From NCBI GenBank assembly GCA_049472335.1, contig JBLIRO010000033.1, positions 1 through 55,251 on the forward strand: a DNA stretch of 55,251 bases, given 5' to 3'. Shown here one piece after another: positions 21,201 to 31,100 of this stretch. Position numbers and translations under genes: made by a program. The notes beneath the pieces are model-generated. The model saw only the letters and a program-made list of their open reading frames with translations. It had not been told where the DNA came from and did no database searches. Source of the DNA: a bacterium. Lineage in GTDB: Bacteria > SZUA-182 > DTGQ01 > JAFGSM01. Each line of letters starts with the position of its first letter. The stretch's first letter is position 1.

Positions 21201-22100
21201 GATAACGCCCCGGACATACCTTGACGGAAACCCGGAGGCCCTGAGAAGGGCAACAAGGAGCGCTGCCTGGTCGGTGTCGTTCCCGCTTTTCTGGCTGAGG
21301 GTCTCTTCCGCACCCTTCATGCACCCCCAATACCATTCAGTTTCTATTGTGTTTTTTACCCACTCGTAAATTGATACGGGATTCCAGTCCAGGGACCCTG
21401 CAAACTCTGCAATCTTTCTGGATATGGGTGCCTCCGGTGTACCTGCAAGGTCATCGGGGGAGACCTGCGTGTTTACCCCTCTATAAGAAGGGACAATGCC
21501 CGGCTCTCTGGTTGGCTCCCTGCTCATATAGCTCAGATTCCTGTAAGGGAGGCTCCCGAATATGGGTTGTCTCCTTTTGGGAAGGATGCCCTCAAGAAGG
21601 TTGATAAGGTCTTTAAGGGCGGGAAGGGAAATGTCTTCCCTGGTGGGGAGGTCTTCCCCAGCGGGGAGGTTTTCCCCGGGGGTAAGATTTTCCCCAGGGG
21701 AGAGGTTTTCAATGCCGACAAGGAATTCCTCTATGGCATCGAGAAACTTTTCTAAGGCCATGAGATAGCTTTCAGACATGAGGTTGTGCCGCTGCACAGC
21801 CCTGGGCCCCAAACGGTTTGCCTTTTCTTCCCTCTCTCTGAATTGCTCCTTTAGCAGAAGGTGGGCCGATCGGATATCCCCAACCAGTCCCTTTAACCGG
21901 CTCAGCTCCCCGGTGACCGGATTGTCGTTTATGAGCATTTTCTCGATCTTTAAAAGGAGCCTCCTTGTTTGCAAAAGGTCCTTTTGAATCTGCTTCTCGA
22001 TGCTGTAATCCGCTGCCCGGCTGAGGCAGGGAAGGAGTGTCAGAAATATTATCAGGACACCTGCCTGCAGGATGAGTGGATTTCTATGATGCTGAATCAA
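12228..22100 (-). CDS. Giant secreted transglutaminase-like/Ig-like/RHS (YD-repeat) polymorphic toxin
   Basis: Signal peptide, transglutaminase-like motifs (GNDTDQAALLVALLRASGFPSRYVRG, EHTWVE, WIALD), many YD repeats, RHS core YYGYRYYSPEIGRWLSKDPIGE..GG..IYSFV.NDPINQIDILG, then a 240-aa AT-rich tip. Confidence 0.9.
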   Translation of the reverse strand: MIQHHRNPLILQAGVLIIFLTLLPCLSRAADYSIEKQIQKDLLQTRRLLLKIEKMLINDNPVTGELSRLKGLVGDIRSAHLLLKEQFREREEKANRLGPRAVQRHNLMSESYLMALEKFLDAIEEFLVGIENLSPGENLTPGENLPAGEDLPTREDISLPALKDLINLLEGILPKRRQPIFGSLPYRNLSYMSREPTREPGIVPSYRGVNTQVSPDDLAGTPEAPISRKIAEFAGSLDWNPVSIYEWVKNTIETEWYWGCMKGAEETLSQKSGNDTDQAALLVALLRASGFPSRYVRGVIEFFPDMEKAKNLTGIRDELDLARFFSKAGIPCQAIITGGRITNIHIEHTWVETLVPYDNYRGAIIDEHGKTWIALDTSIKASGYTHNNPVKVPDSFPLSTIRKDYLSAFRETTPLEYLKERIQTHLLQNHPGIAYDNLLSKRTLIPETMDILPASLQFREIAVTHEYTRIPEELMHKVRFMASGEETSPFFDITLEAYRLSNRSIALTYEPETVEDQEIMNAYGGLGNTPAYLIRLRPVLTIDRERLAVGTHGLPMGRDYTLSVELISPNGTEQFINTHIMGNLSVMGIVSQNAIPPEAIPFEEKDAERLLYEEALSYINRWNMAEEELSSLLHINLSHPVPTIVTTGSVIDVTYLLDTPHRIEWKGVYVDADLRAVETAYAGDTNLQTAQHGTSPDTDDQAVETAYEVSFNTQAADLRMAFMQLSSLQGSILENLVLEEDFQVEGISTAKLFCLTNEDAIPILTIDHTNIEVILPTITLTDCVKEDITNAVNQGLTISIPGMTITHEDWEGTGYIKEDHDTGESGWMLSGMIAGGMSAWGADRWPENLADKLRYPFSELPSFDPLSAQYIQKIPATDLQKGTVGEPLSRSLQVIVQDKEKRPVKGAEVTFNIRAGEGMLREQGDGSNPGQSSITVKTGKTGIASAELILGQKTGANPTTWWETGYTYSQQVGENIVDASLTSGVHIAAPFTAFGFPGGPFLIRKIHGDEHLGNILSFAGFIAVSVEDKYGNPVSNLPVDFKVLPATPGLCSNPNKEYRQALFIKKDDPCNQVAPLYGECQSATDTVREITSSKGASVHIILGDMPDAEYPVSTTCPVSDDNILTATFHLQTHPFGNCDGDSSPESRLILYFEYLTDRYGNIQNTGKINTSIPLTAKAYMIMEGGTEKDGEIIGSREYLLDANLQNVKVMFDDLQAGPAGNGIYTVMYPLGGEPKMHEITLSGSAALGETIITAKEETIRVFGVDIEMEPAITEPEPALIALIDPDGYTIEDTVITYKIMPPEYIASTASLVILKEGQPFTYIATETRGEGKAAIPRGFRFDLAGEYEYALGIILNVGTKVRMTSNKIQLNPTVVRIRSIYIEDARYNVPVPFGGSPTARAITEPEGRSVLWSVIEKDEGVKAEIDPLTGVIRASDNSQSGYITICAMDKEAPHINKKEMVQIGCPECPAAGQCYIPGAAFIELSSIHMRLSLGRAKGGYPAGEIFLRAEYPSPALATPSSLTFSSVSKEPMEVLYDEDGSISQILAPETLVDIQVNDEFSYDIRFYRPEQIAGKSNTFYDTGTATGPFVSWHIENPDASPYITNRLKITESKGDTTRTYEYMWDPNQDAWSLNKGNGLVIETRGVRLDAGTRNRIITHTVKDASGNIASIIQSTYHRFPWGEELIERIEDPEGAALKTTMAYYDDRSLPGNYGRLHLQINPDGSWIRYAYDEQGRTIVKASPWLDSSVDAPADQVHTVYYDYTPVDPEDARAPEYVNSPRTVIEKIKGIIAGKTYYAYLANSIGDRIEIIEQCRTQAAPYGDPANRRTITTYYPSDTDLAESGSIKSILYPDGRLDTYIYEYGTFILDEDPALCGFFQGQGSDILETVVHGTADHPNGIPFKTTSETSIQDEFGRERMREVYVYNGSGYERIQWTVQYLDEFGRVTKTFHSDGTHTENTWGCCVRESDTDSRGITRIYIYDDLQRLETQIKEGISSGPWPAQSDIHTTYTYDAMGRKLTETISAEGLSLIKRNVYDKAGRLLNVTDTEGLTTSYRYGLGGLIITVTRPGGSTEIKTSYPDGSIKSITGTGVISTYYEYGINPDGTQWTKVYTGGINSPRWEKTTTDILGRTIRVEKPGFDNLETEENFYNTIGQLIKTSKSGQAGIIYEYDDLGARIRTGLDINYNGSLDMDSNDRINENENRFIFINEVWWEENIQRVYAREFDANATITGIQRTRITGPGSGGNTEENIYLDIHGNQTVTKVFIDRDNKTETSITNHPDSITGEVSVNVNGLLMSSKSKTGINVTYGYDALGRRTGITDPRTGKTTTHYNDKGHVDYVEDPAGNRTRYEYDPNTGQKIVEINALDKVTRFSYNNRDQVTHTWGDSVYPVMYVYDSYGQMSQMHTCRNGTNWSLETWPADAGTGDVTRWHYQEATGLLTAKEDASGKSITYTYTFGGKLATRTWARTSGNDPLVTTYSYSPVTGELLGIDYSDSTPDITFTYDRLGRQKTITDAVGTRIFTYNNTLQLESEIITGLYDKVIIRTYEAKNEPKGATNVEINGEANIETQGLRNSETNAETNGENKDEINVVPGRTSGFTLGTDSALSTDHALGTDHAPGTDYTGGTSPTLEKDYEVTYGYDDMGHHFSVGWNIGGTLGTTTYFYLPDSDLLYQLITDNQQQTTYSYKPHRDLRTQVKNKFNTLLISQYDYEYDPLGRRISAANSGQAFSAVNNAFNLYRYNDRNELIESSHYLGSDISDTNNPVKSEYRAYKYDSIGNRRESTIAKGTGSYTTNELNQYTHQTLPANGINSFIYDDDGNLTGIINNSVENPSENIKYTYNAENRLIAVEPQYPADGDKKLEFTYDYMGRRVRKKVYILNSGLWTVDSEILFIYDGWNMISEITIENENQTTKYYVWGLDLSQSIQGAGGIGGLLASVDPSSPTSYYFMYDVNGNVGQLLDANNGDISARYEYDPYGKIIKDENENTYENPFRFSNKYYDDDTELTYYGYRYYSPEIGRWLSKDPIGEIGGIHIYSFVINDPINQIDILGKTSEDFWRKIKGEQIPKAVGISEGGLLVIPEGRYSKLSEAIINLKFKGFSAGYETGIYFFPDSCEIAAYSIKAGILKQDSDIFDIIESAQGNESLLTTFETPRSFEKYLEENKKKLENEKETGAIITGGLAIEYAIYYGNPRPGAADARSFTGIISSHQLAFFDKSASVYKSRLREGNFINGNWIGGTYGIIGIPGFGYAHVYWDLQFITGNYITSVIRFEEAFGSYGTCMCCFLTRLMK
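14235..14306. repeat. Four degenerate 18-bp tandem units inside the RHS gene
   Basis: atctgttccaggggcatg / atcggttccaagggcgtg / atctgtactaagggcact / atcagttccgagagtaaa, encoding ..LGTD SALSTD HALGTD HAPGTD. Confidence 0.75.
21633..21710. repeat. About four degenerate 18-bp tandem units inside the RHS gene
   Basis: gtcttccctggtggggag / gtcttccccagcggggag / gttttccccgggggtaag / attttccccaggggagag, encoding ENLSPG ENLTPG ENLPAG EDLPTR. Confidence 0.8.
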
Positions 22101-22156
22101 GCTGTTCTTTCCATTAATCTCATATCTATATTTAATAATATTCTAATCATAGGGAA

Positions 22157-25100
22157 TTATTTTGATAGACCAAAAAAATAATACATCCCCTGTTCTATCC
22201 TCAAAAGTTTGTCTATCATCAATCTGATTTCTATGGTATCAACACCGTCTATCATATTCAGGGCATCTATTGAGCGTAGTGTGTCATGGATGTTTCTTGA
22301 GATGTCTTTCTTTGTCAGTATGTCCCTTTCTTGAATGTTATCAAGAAAATTGACAACCTGTTTAATCTTTTTCATTTCCTTTTGATTCAGTGAAAAGGAA
22401 TTTAAACGCGTAACAATATCAGCGATAAGGATAGCTGTATCTGTGTCAATCAAAATTTCACTGTCAAGGTCCCTGAAGAAGACATAGGCCCCGTTGGACA
22501 TGAAACCTATCTCTGTATCCAGCACGTAGCTCCCCGGCACGTCGGGTGTTAAAGCATAAAAGGGAACTGTCATGGTTTCGTCAGGGTTAAGATGCATAGT
22601 GATAATCCATGGACTCTCGGTGATCCATTCTGCTGCAGCCGGATCATAGATATTGATCTCTCGCGGAAAGGTCTCAGTGGCCTGAACATCCAGGCTGCCC
22701 CACAGGCTCTTGATCCGGAGTTCAAGGGGTGCGAGATGGTAAGGGTGGAATACTGATTTGTCCTCACTTCTGTGTATATAGATGATGGCGTTTTTGAGCA
22801 GCTCCGCGATCTGCTCATAGTTAGAATCATCGATAGTCAGGCCAAGATCAAAGGCAAGATATATTGTTTTCCCGAGGCCATATTCATTCAGGACAATGGC
22901 CGGATACCCTTTATCTTTAACATGCTTTGGCTTTTCTCCGTATATCTGGCCCGCAACGAATGTGCCTTCAAGCGCTTCGACCTTTTTTACTTTTCCTTCT
23001 GTCTTGAAAGCCCCCTCCCCTGTTATAGGGCTTTCCATGGTTTTTACTTCATTGTCTTGAAGGGAAAGATGTCCCTTAAATTTTATTCCGAATATGGAAT
23101 TTTTCCGCTGGCAGTCATCGGATAACACAATAAAATCTTTATACCAGAGCGAGGAGATGATACCTGTGCCGGAATGGATTTTTTCTCTTAGCTCACATGA
23201 GGTTTCCTGTCCCGGGGATCTATGATCGCCAAGGATGAGCATGTCGGTATAATATGGATTTCTCAGCTCCTTTTCAAAATCCTGCTGCAGATAGACAAAT
23301 GTATAGCTTGAAACTGCTTCAGTAAGAATACCTTCAAGAAGGTCGAAATCGATCTCCCGCTCGATTACCCATTTATGGTCTTGTTCGGCATCTGATAAAT
23401 CCTTTCCTCTGAACCCGAGGAATTCGGAACCAGGCTGATCATCCTTTCTTTGATATTCGTTATTGACCCATATCAGGAGGTTTATCGGATCAGCAATGAC
23501 TTTGGTTGCCTCCAGGGAGGGTTTTACCTCGAAGATAGTGCTGTCCAGGACCTTAGAATCCATTTCTCCGGCCAGGGCTATCCGGAGTACCGCCACATAT
23601 GCCTGAGGCAGCAGATTATCTGTAGACATATCGAAACTGTCTGTGACTGTGGCTTCCAAGGGAACATCAATGGTTTTTTCAAGGGCGATTTTAATCTCCT
23701 GGTTGTTTGGGTCCATCACAAGAATTGTTGCAAGGAGACCGATGACAGGCTTCCTGGACCCATTCGTAATCGAGAATACAAAGGTTTCTTCCTGGCCCAT
23801 ATACACCGGATTCAGTTGGGCTGTAATGGAACCTGTCAACTTTTCTAATAAAGATTTAAATTCGATAAGGATGTCGGTGCAAACCGGACCGGACATATTA
23901 CCTGCCCTGTCTGTTGCCCTGAAGCTTATGGTGTGTGGGCCTTTGTCCTCTGTAGCTGCTGTCCATGAAATTGCATACATACCTGTGGATGAATCGGAAG
24001 CAGGAAGGGGTTGCCATATACCATCATCCAACTGGTATTCCACCGACTTAATGCCTGAGGCGTTATCCTTTGCAATGACTGACAGATCTAATATACCATC
24101 GATGACACTCCCTGACACAGGAGAGATGATTTGGACAAGAGGAGGTGTGCCATCTTTTACTGTGCAGGATGTGCTCGCAATGTCTTTCCATTTCCCTTGA
24201 TGCTCAGCATAAAGTGAGATTCGATAGTTTTTAAGCCCGTACCCCTCGGTTGAAAAAACAAACTCTCCGGTATAGGTTTCATTCAAACCAAGGTCAATTA
24301 CCTTCTCATCGGTGCTCATTATGATGAGTGTCTCGGGATCGAGAACATTCACTTTTACACGAAGGTCTTTTACACTGTTATTACCGCTCATGCTGACTGT
24401 ATAGGCCACATAGATTAAATTACCCAGATGGACAAGTGGGGGTGAGGCAATAACGATCCCTGTAAGGATGGCTTCGGAATCAATGGCAAATGATGATGAG
24501 CTGCTTGAGATGACATGATCATCAAGGAGGCAATCCAGAAATACAACATACTCGCCCGGGGCATAGAGAGCTGTATTCCATGAGGTATTCAACCTGCCTG
24601 ACGCACCGGCAAGAAGATCGAGAATATAATGATCTTCATCAAACAGGTTATTATTTTTACTGTCCGTGATTCCAATTTTCACATTCAATTCGGGGATGTT
24701 ATAGTTTTGACTATTGTTCCTGATCCTGGCCGTGACAAGAACATCCTCATTCGGGCCATAGCGGGATTTATCCATGGTGACTAATGCATATACGTCTATG
24801 ACAGGCAAAATGTCAAAAGAAACGGTATCTTCAGCCAGGACTTCTATCCCGTCCCTGACAATACTCCGGATGCTGTATGTGCCCGCATAGGAAAGGCCGG
24901 TATTCCATGTAAGATGATAATCCTCCATTGATGCATAGAGAAGATATGTACAAACAGGATCAAATGCTGAGACCATAGCCCCGTTTTCGTCCTCAACCTG
25001 CACATCGAGCACAATATCCCTCCCCATGCCACTGTTATGGATCTCAATGCCAATCTCTATATCCTCATCTATATGATACTGGTCGGTATAAAGGCTGGTG

Positions 25101-28100
25101 GCAAGCTCCATCCCTTCTTCTCCGGCTACATAGAAGGTCTTTGTTGCGAGGTTGTTTTCCTCGAATATCTCCTTTATGGTATCCGAAGGATCCAATATCA
25201 CAATGAGATTATTCTCCCCTGTTTTGGCCGTAGTATCCCAGTTAAAGCTCAATAGATCAAACGAATACGGGCCTATATATGGAATGGTCTCTGAAAGGAC
25301 CGTTTCCATTTTCCCACCCGAATCCCAGATAAACAGGTCCGCGTCGACATTTTCCGCACCGGCAGGACCCTGGTTACATACAATGACACTGATTGAGACA
25401 TCCTCTCCCGAAACGGGCATGGAGGGATATATAAAGATGTCATCTGATATTATCTCCAAATCCGGAAGATTGGGGTCTCCGCCCCCGGCAGTGGATTCAT
25501 CGCCCGTTTCCTCAGGCATGTCATCGGGCAGACCAATAGTTATATCTGCCGGAGGTTCTGCATCACCTACTGCTACACCTGTCTCTTCTGAGGATAGGCT
25601 TTCAAATCCATAGTAATCAACAGCGGTTACATGGTAGTTGTATTTCCCGTCAGGAAGATTGGCATCGGTATAGTATTCCCTGGTTATCAGATTTTCATGC
25701 TGTATCCGGACCTCTGCGATTTGGACAAGTTTTTCATATCGCGGGTCTGATGTATCCGTAATATGGACCCTTATCCTGTTTGTTCGATAGGAAGGTTTAA
25801 ACTCGAATACATTTATTTTCTCACTATTTCCTGTCACCTTCTCCAAGGTGATCCAGGCATACCCCGACCAAACCAGGATCTCAAAGTCCCTGGCTGCAAA
25901 AAGTTCGGAGAAGTTGTCCCCCCAATCGATCTCTACCCGGTTGATAAGCACCTCCGATACCAGCTTGATCTCCCACCATGCGGGGATAAACGGCCCGGGA
26001 TTATAAGCGGCCCACAGGGTAGTGGGATCGGAATCAAAGGCATTCCCCGAGCTTTCTGTGTTGAAGGAGGCGCTCGCAGCACCGGATGTCACCTGGGAAG
26101 GAGAATTGAGCTTTTTCCCGTCCCTGTAAAGATAATAACCGGAAAGGTTCGCCTCTTTGTTGGGCTCCCATGTGAGGGTGACGTGGAGATGATCAACTAT
26201 GGCTGCAAATCCCGCTGGGGCTTCAGGTGGCTCACTATAGACCACCATCACCGGACTAGACAGCCTGCTCACGTTACCGGCAACATCCGTCGCCGTTGCC
26301 GTGATAAAGTTCTCACCAAGTACCAGATTGGCATCGAAGAAGAAATGCCCTTTGGCATCCGCATATGCATTTATCCGTAATCCTTCTCCGGCATTGGTAT
26401 CAATGGACACCTCCACAAGGGCATCAGCCGCGGCCTGGCTTCCCGCAACATGAATGTGACTTTGTGCCGTCGGGGTATAGGGCTGGGTGATAATGGGTGC
26501 ATAGATCCTTATCAAGGCAGGATCGGAGGGCCCGCTTTCATTGCCAAATGCGTCAAAAGCCGTGACCTCGTAAGCATATTCACCGGCTTCCGATATGATG
26601 TCCTGATAATTCGGATCGATTGCCGAATCGATGTGAGTTCTTATTCCTTTTAGTATTTTGTAGATATTATATCCAGCAAAGTCTTCCTCCGTATTTGCCG
26701 TCCAGTAGAGGTTTACAATATTCCCATGGCAAAAGGCCCACAGACCTACCGGCGAATCAGGCGGGATTATATTGTCATAGAAAACCTGAATGGTCCGGGG
26801 AGATGAATCTTTCCTTCCTCCCTGATCTGTGGCTATGGCCCTTAATTGGCAAACATCATCATAGACGAGCCCAAGGTCATCCGGATCAAGATATGCGACA
26901 AAGGGGCGGGAGGCAACTGCTGCACCAAGGTCCGTCCATATTGATCCGTTTACATTGTATTGAAACTGAATCCTGGTAATATCCATATCCCTGGATTCCA
27001 CTCTTATAATGAGCCTGTTTTCAAAACGGTCTCCGTCTTCAGGCTCGACGATATACGCCTGAGGCGCATGGGTATCGATGGTCACTTCACAGCTTTTGGA
27101 TGGTGCGCTTATATTTCCGGCCTCATCCATGGCCACAATATAATAGGTAAAGGCTCCGTCAGGCAGGTCCTTATCATCATAACTTGAATCCGTTATCAGA
27201 CAAGCCTTCAGGCTGCCGGTGACGGCACCTTTGGCATTAGCCGTCTCATGATTTCTGTAAAGGAGATATCCTGCAAGGTCTGAATCACTTGTATTGGCCT
27301 GCCATACAAGGGTGACATCCGGGCCGAAAACGGTTGCCGATAGAAGCTCCGGAGCTTCGGGAGGTGTGTTATCCACGCTGACTACAACCCTGTGCAAACT
27401 AACGGCCCCTGTAAGGGCTTGCGCCTCCAGCTTGATGGAACAGGCTCCTTCCGAAAATCCCAGGGTATCCCATTGAGCAAGTGTACCGTAGGATACCGGC
27501 AGTGTGGATATTTGGATCAGTGTCCAGTCAGCAGGGGCTGCTCCCTGGCCGATATAAATCTGGTAATGCCTGAAATCATTCTCGCTGAAGGCAGTGCCCT
27601 TGATATCCACAAGGTCCCTGACAACAGAGCCATCCTTTGGCGAGAGGATCTTCGCCTCAGGGCCGGCGGCATCTATCTTCAATGTGATTTCGTTGGAGGG
27701 ATCACTTTCCCCTCCGGCATTATCAACCGCCCTGACCATATAGCTATAGGAACCTTCAATGAGGTTCGGGTCAAGGTAATTGGCATGGATTAAAAGATCG
27801 GTATTTCGTTTCTGATTGTTCCGGTATACATTAAAACCGGCAAGATCCGGCTCCGTGCTCTCAGTCCAGGTGAGCCGCGCATCCCTTCTGTTTATAATCT
27901 CACCGGAAAGTGAAGGGGCTGCTGGCGGGTGTATATCCACAACTAGATTGACCCTTTCTTCGACAAAATTGCCGACCTTGTCTGTTGCCGTTACCCTGAG
28001 GCAATAACCTCCATCTGCCGGGAGGGCCTTCCAAATTGCAAGCGCTCCATCAGCCACTGAGACGACAGATGTTTTTATCGGGGCCCATTTGAAGGCATTG

Positions 28101-31100
28101 CTGCAGTCACCCTTTGATATTTCCACGATATATTCCCGGAGATTATGGTCAAATGCAGTGCCCAGGATATCTGTAGCCCCTTTTATATAACTGCCCTCTC
28201 CCGGCGCGGTCAACTCCACGACAGGTGGCGTATTGTCGATAATAATCCAGGCCATTGCCTCCGCCTCCCTTCCGGCCAGGTCTTTAACGAGCAGGGAAAG
28301 GGTATAGACCCCGTCAGGGATAGGCTGACCGTTATCCTTTCCCACCTCCCAGGCGAAGATCTCCTCACCGGTTGTATAGATCTGCTGCCCGGCGGGGATT
28401 GAATTAATACTCACAAGATCATACCATTGATCCGGATTCTCAGCCGGCCCGTATCTGAGCGTCCAGGTTTCCGGATTTCCCTGTTCGATACGGGCCGTTA
28501 CTACGACCACATCTCTATCTGATCCGCAAAATTCGTTATTTTCAGGCGACAGCAGACTTATCATAGGCATTGTACTGTCAATGGGAAAGGAATCGATCTG
28601 CCTGTCTATTGTAAAGGTCGTGTAAGCGCAACCTGTATTCCCGGCCATATCCGTGACCTTTAGCATGAGCGAGTATATGGTCCCCTGAAGGCCCGTCACG
28701 TCCCATATGCCGATAGTCCCCTGAACAGGGCCTTCTCCGGATATCTTATCCTTGCTATCATTATTCCCTTTTCGTGTTTCGGCCATGTGCCAGGCTGCGG
28801 GGTCCTGACCGAACCCATAATAAAGATCATAGCTTTTTACCTGATGGTTGTCCTGCGCGAGCCCTTCCGCATGAATCCCATACCAGCTTCCGTGCTCCGG
28901 ATCTCCTTTTTCAACAGGGCAAACCGGCATACCGGCGGCCGGGAATGTTATGGCAGCCTGGGGAAGCCGGCGGTCGACTACCAGGGCGCTATCGGCTTCC
29001 ATATATTTCAGGCCGTTATCAGAGACATATTCAAGGATAGCTTTTGCCAGGTAATTGCCCTCCATCATGATGGAGGTATCCAGCTCCACTTTGGCGTCCT
29101 TCCAATCTACTGAAATTAGATCGAACTCCCTGAGCAAAAACGGTTCATCGGGCTCATTAAGATAATAGCTCAGCGTTTTTAAAATGATTCCGCCCCGGTC
29201 CGGATCATATTTTTCAAAATTTCCGATTACTGTCGAGAGTTCTGCCCTGCCCATTGCAAGGGATTCACAGTCAAGGGCCTCAACATATTCGACCTCAAGT
29301 TTTAACGACAGACAATCAAGAGGATATGGGACCGCCAGACTTTGATAGACCTTCCCTGTTACGGTAACGGCATCCATTTTAAGGTCATAGCTTACACCTT
29401 CGGAAAGATCGGGGGGAAGTGGAAAAGGGTATATCTTGCCTGCAGGGATCTCATCTCCCAGGTAGATGTTATATTCTTTATATACCTTCCAAACAGGATT
29501 CGTTTCATCCCCTTCTTCACTTATGATAAGGAATCGTAAGGAGCTCAAATCCTCGGTTAGCATCTGGACAGCGTAATACTCCGAGGGATCACAATCAGGA
29601 TAAATCTTTAATAAGATGTCTATAGGTATGCTATTGGAATAATAAATCCTGTCCGTGACATCCACGGCCTTTATCCTGACCGCGTCAAATTCCTCCGGAG
29701 CTAAACATGAGTTGTCCCACTCAAGGATGATAACACCGGAAGGCGGGTTCATGATTTCCGGGGCATCAATCCATTGAGTATCATGCAGATACTGGACATT
29801 CATGCTCCTGATGGGCAAACGGATGCTTTCAAATCCTTTCATATGATGAAGGCCGGGCATTGCATAGTCCAGCGGAATCGCCTCTTTTGCCTCGATTTCT
29901 CCCTGACTGTTCTTTTGAAGGGGGATGCAAAGCCATCTGTAATCTTCAGGGGCATCCGGAATCTCCCAGCTATGAAGTATTAATATCTCTTCCTGATATT
30001 CCGTGACATTGGTGCTGCAATTTCCGGCAAAGTCCCGGGCTGTGATCCGGAATTTTTTCCCCACAATGAATTCAAGTAGTTCCTTGAAGTTATATATCCG
30101 GCTCAAATCTCCTTCAGGATTAACCAAAGGGCCTGCTCCGCTTATGAACTCATGCCATTCCCGAGGATTTTCACCTTCACCATATTCCGCGATCCAACCC
30201 TTAAGATGATCGTCTTCAGCCCTGCCCAACAACTGGGCTGAGATTTTGCATCCCTCAAAGCCAATTTCGCTCAGATATAGCTCTGTCTCTGGGGGTGAAT
30301 TATCGACGATAAAGAAAAATTCATAATCTAATATCTTCATATTGTATGGTCCGTCCGGGACCACCGTGCAGTTTTCATCAGTCCCGTCCCAGGTTATATG
30401 ATAGGCCCCGGGATCCGGATGATCCATAAGGAATGTTTTCACGAGTCTTTCATTCTCATCATATATGTAAAGTCCAAGATGGACAGGCTCAAGGACCCTA
30501 TAGTGCAGCTCGACCGTGTCCTCTATGCCATCACTGTTCGGCGAGAACATGTCACCGGTTTTAAAAAGGCCGGCAATACCTGAGGAAAGCCCCCAGGAGA
30601 CCTGCTTCCTGTCCCATGCCATGTTGCCTGCCAGATCAAATACCGTTAGCCTCACAATAAAGGTCCCCTTATGAGGAGGGACCCATATGGCAAAGAAATC
30701 ATCAACGACAGGCACTTCTGAGGGAGGGCCGACCGGATTCCAGATGCCGGGGGTTTTTGTGTCTGCATATTCCAGGATATAGGTGGCAAAATTAAGATCT
30801 GTCGCGGTCCCTCTCAGGACAACCTCTGATCTGTTTTTGGTTACATTCAGATCAGAAGCGAGATTAAGGAGAGAGCTTAATTCCCACATATCACGAGTTC
30901 CCCTCCCGTAGCAAACGCTTTCAGGATCAACAGGTTCCAAGTACGTAATATACCGGCCAAACGGGGACACACGGGCATCCGTATTTCTCGTGATCTTAAC
31001 AGGCAGATCTTTCCTGTCTCCGTTTTCGGAATTGATAAAAAACATACCCTGCGCATCAAGGCCCGTCAGGGTCATGTCATCATCGAGCCAGCTTAAGGAA

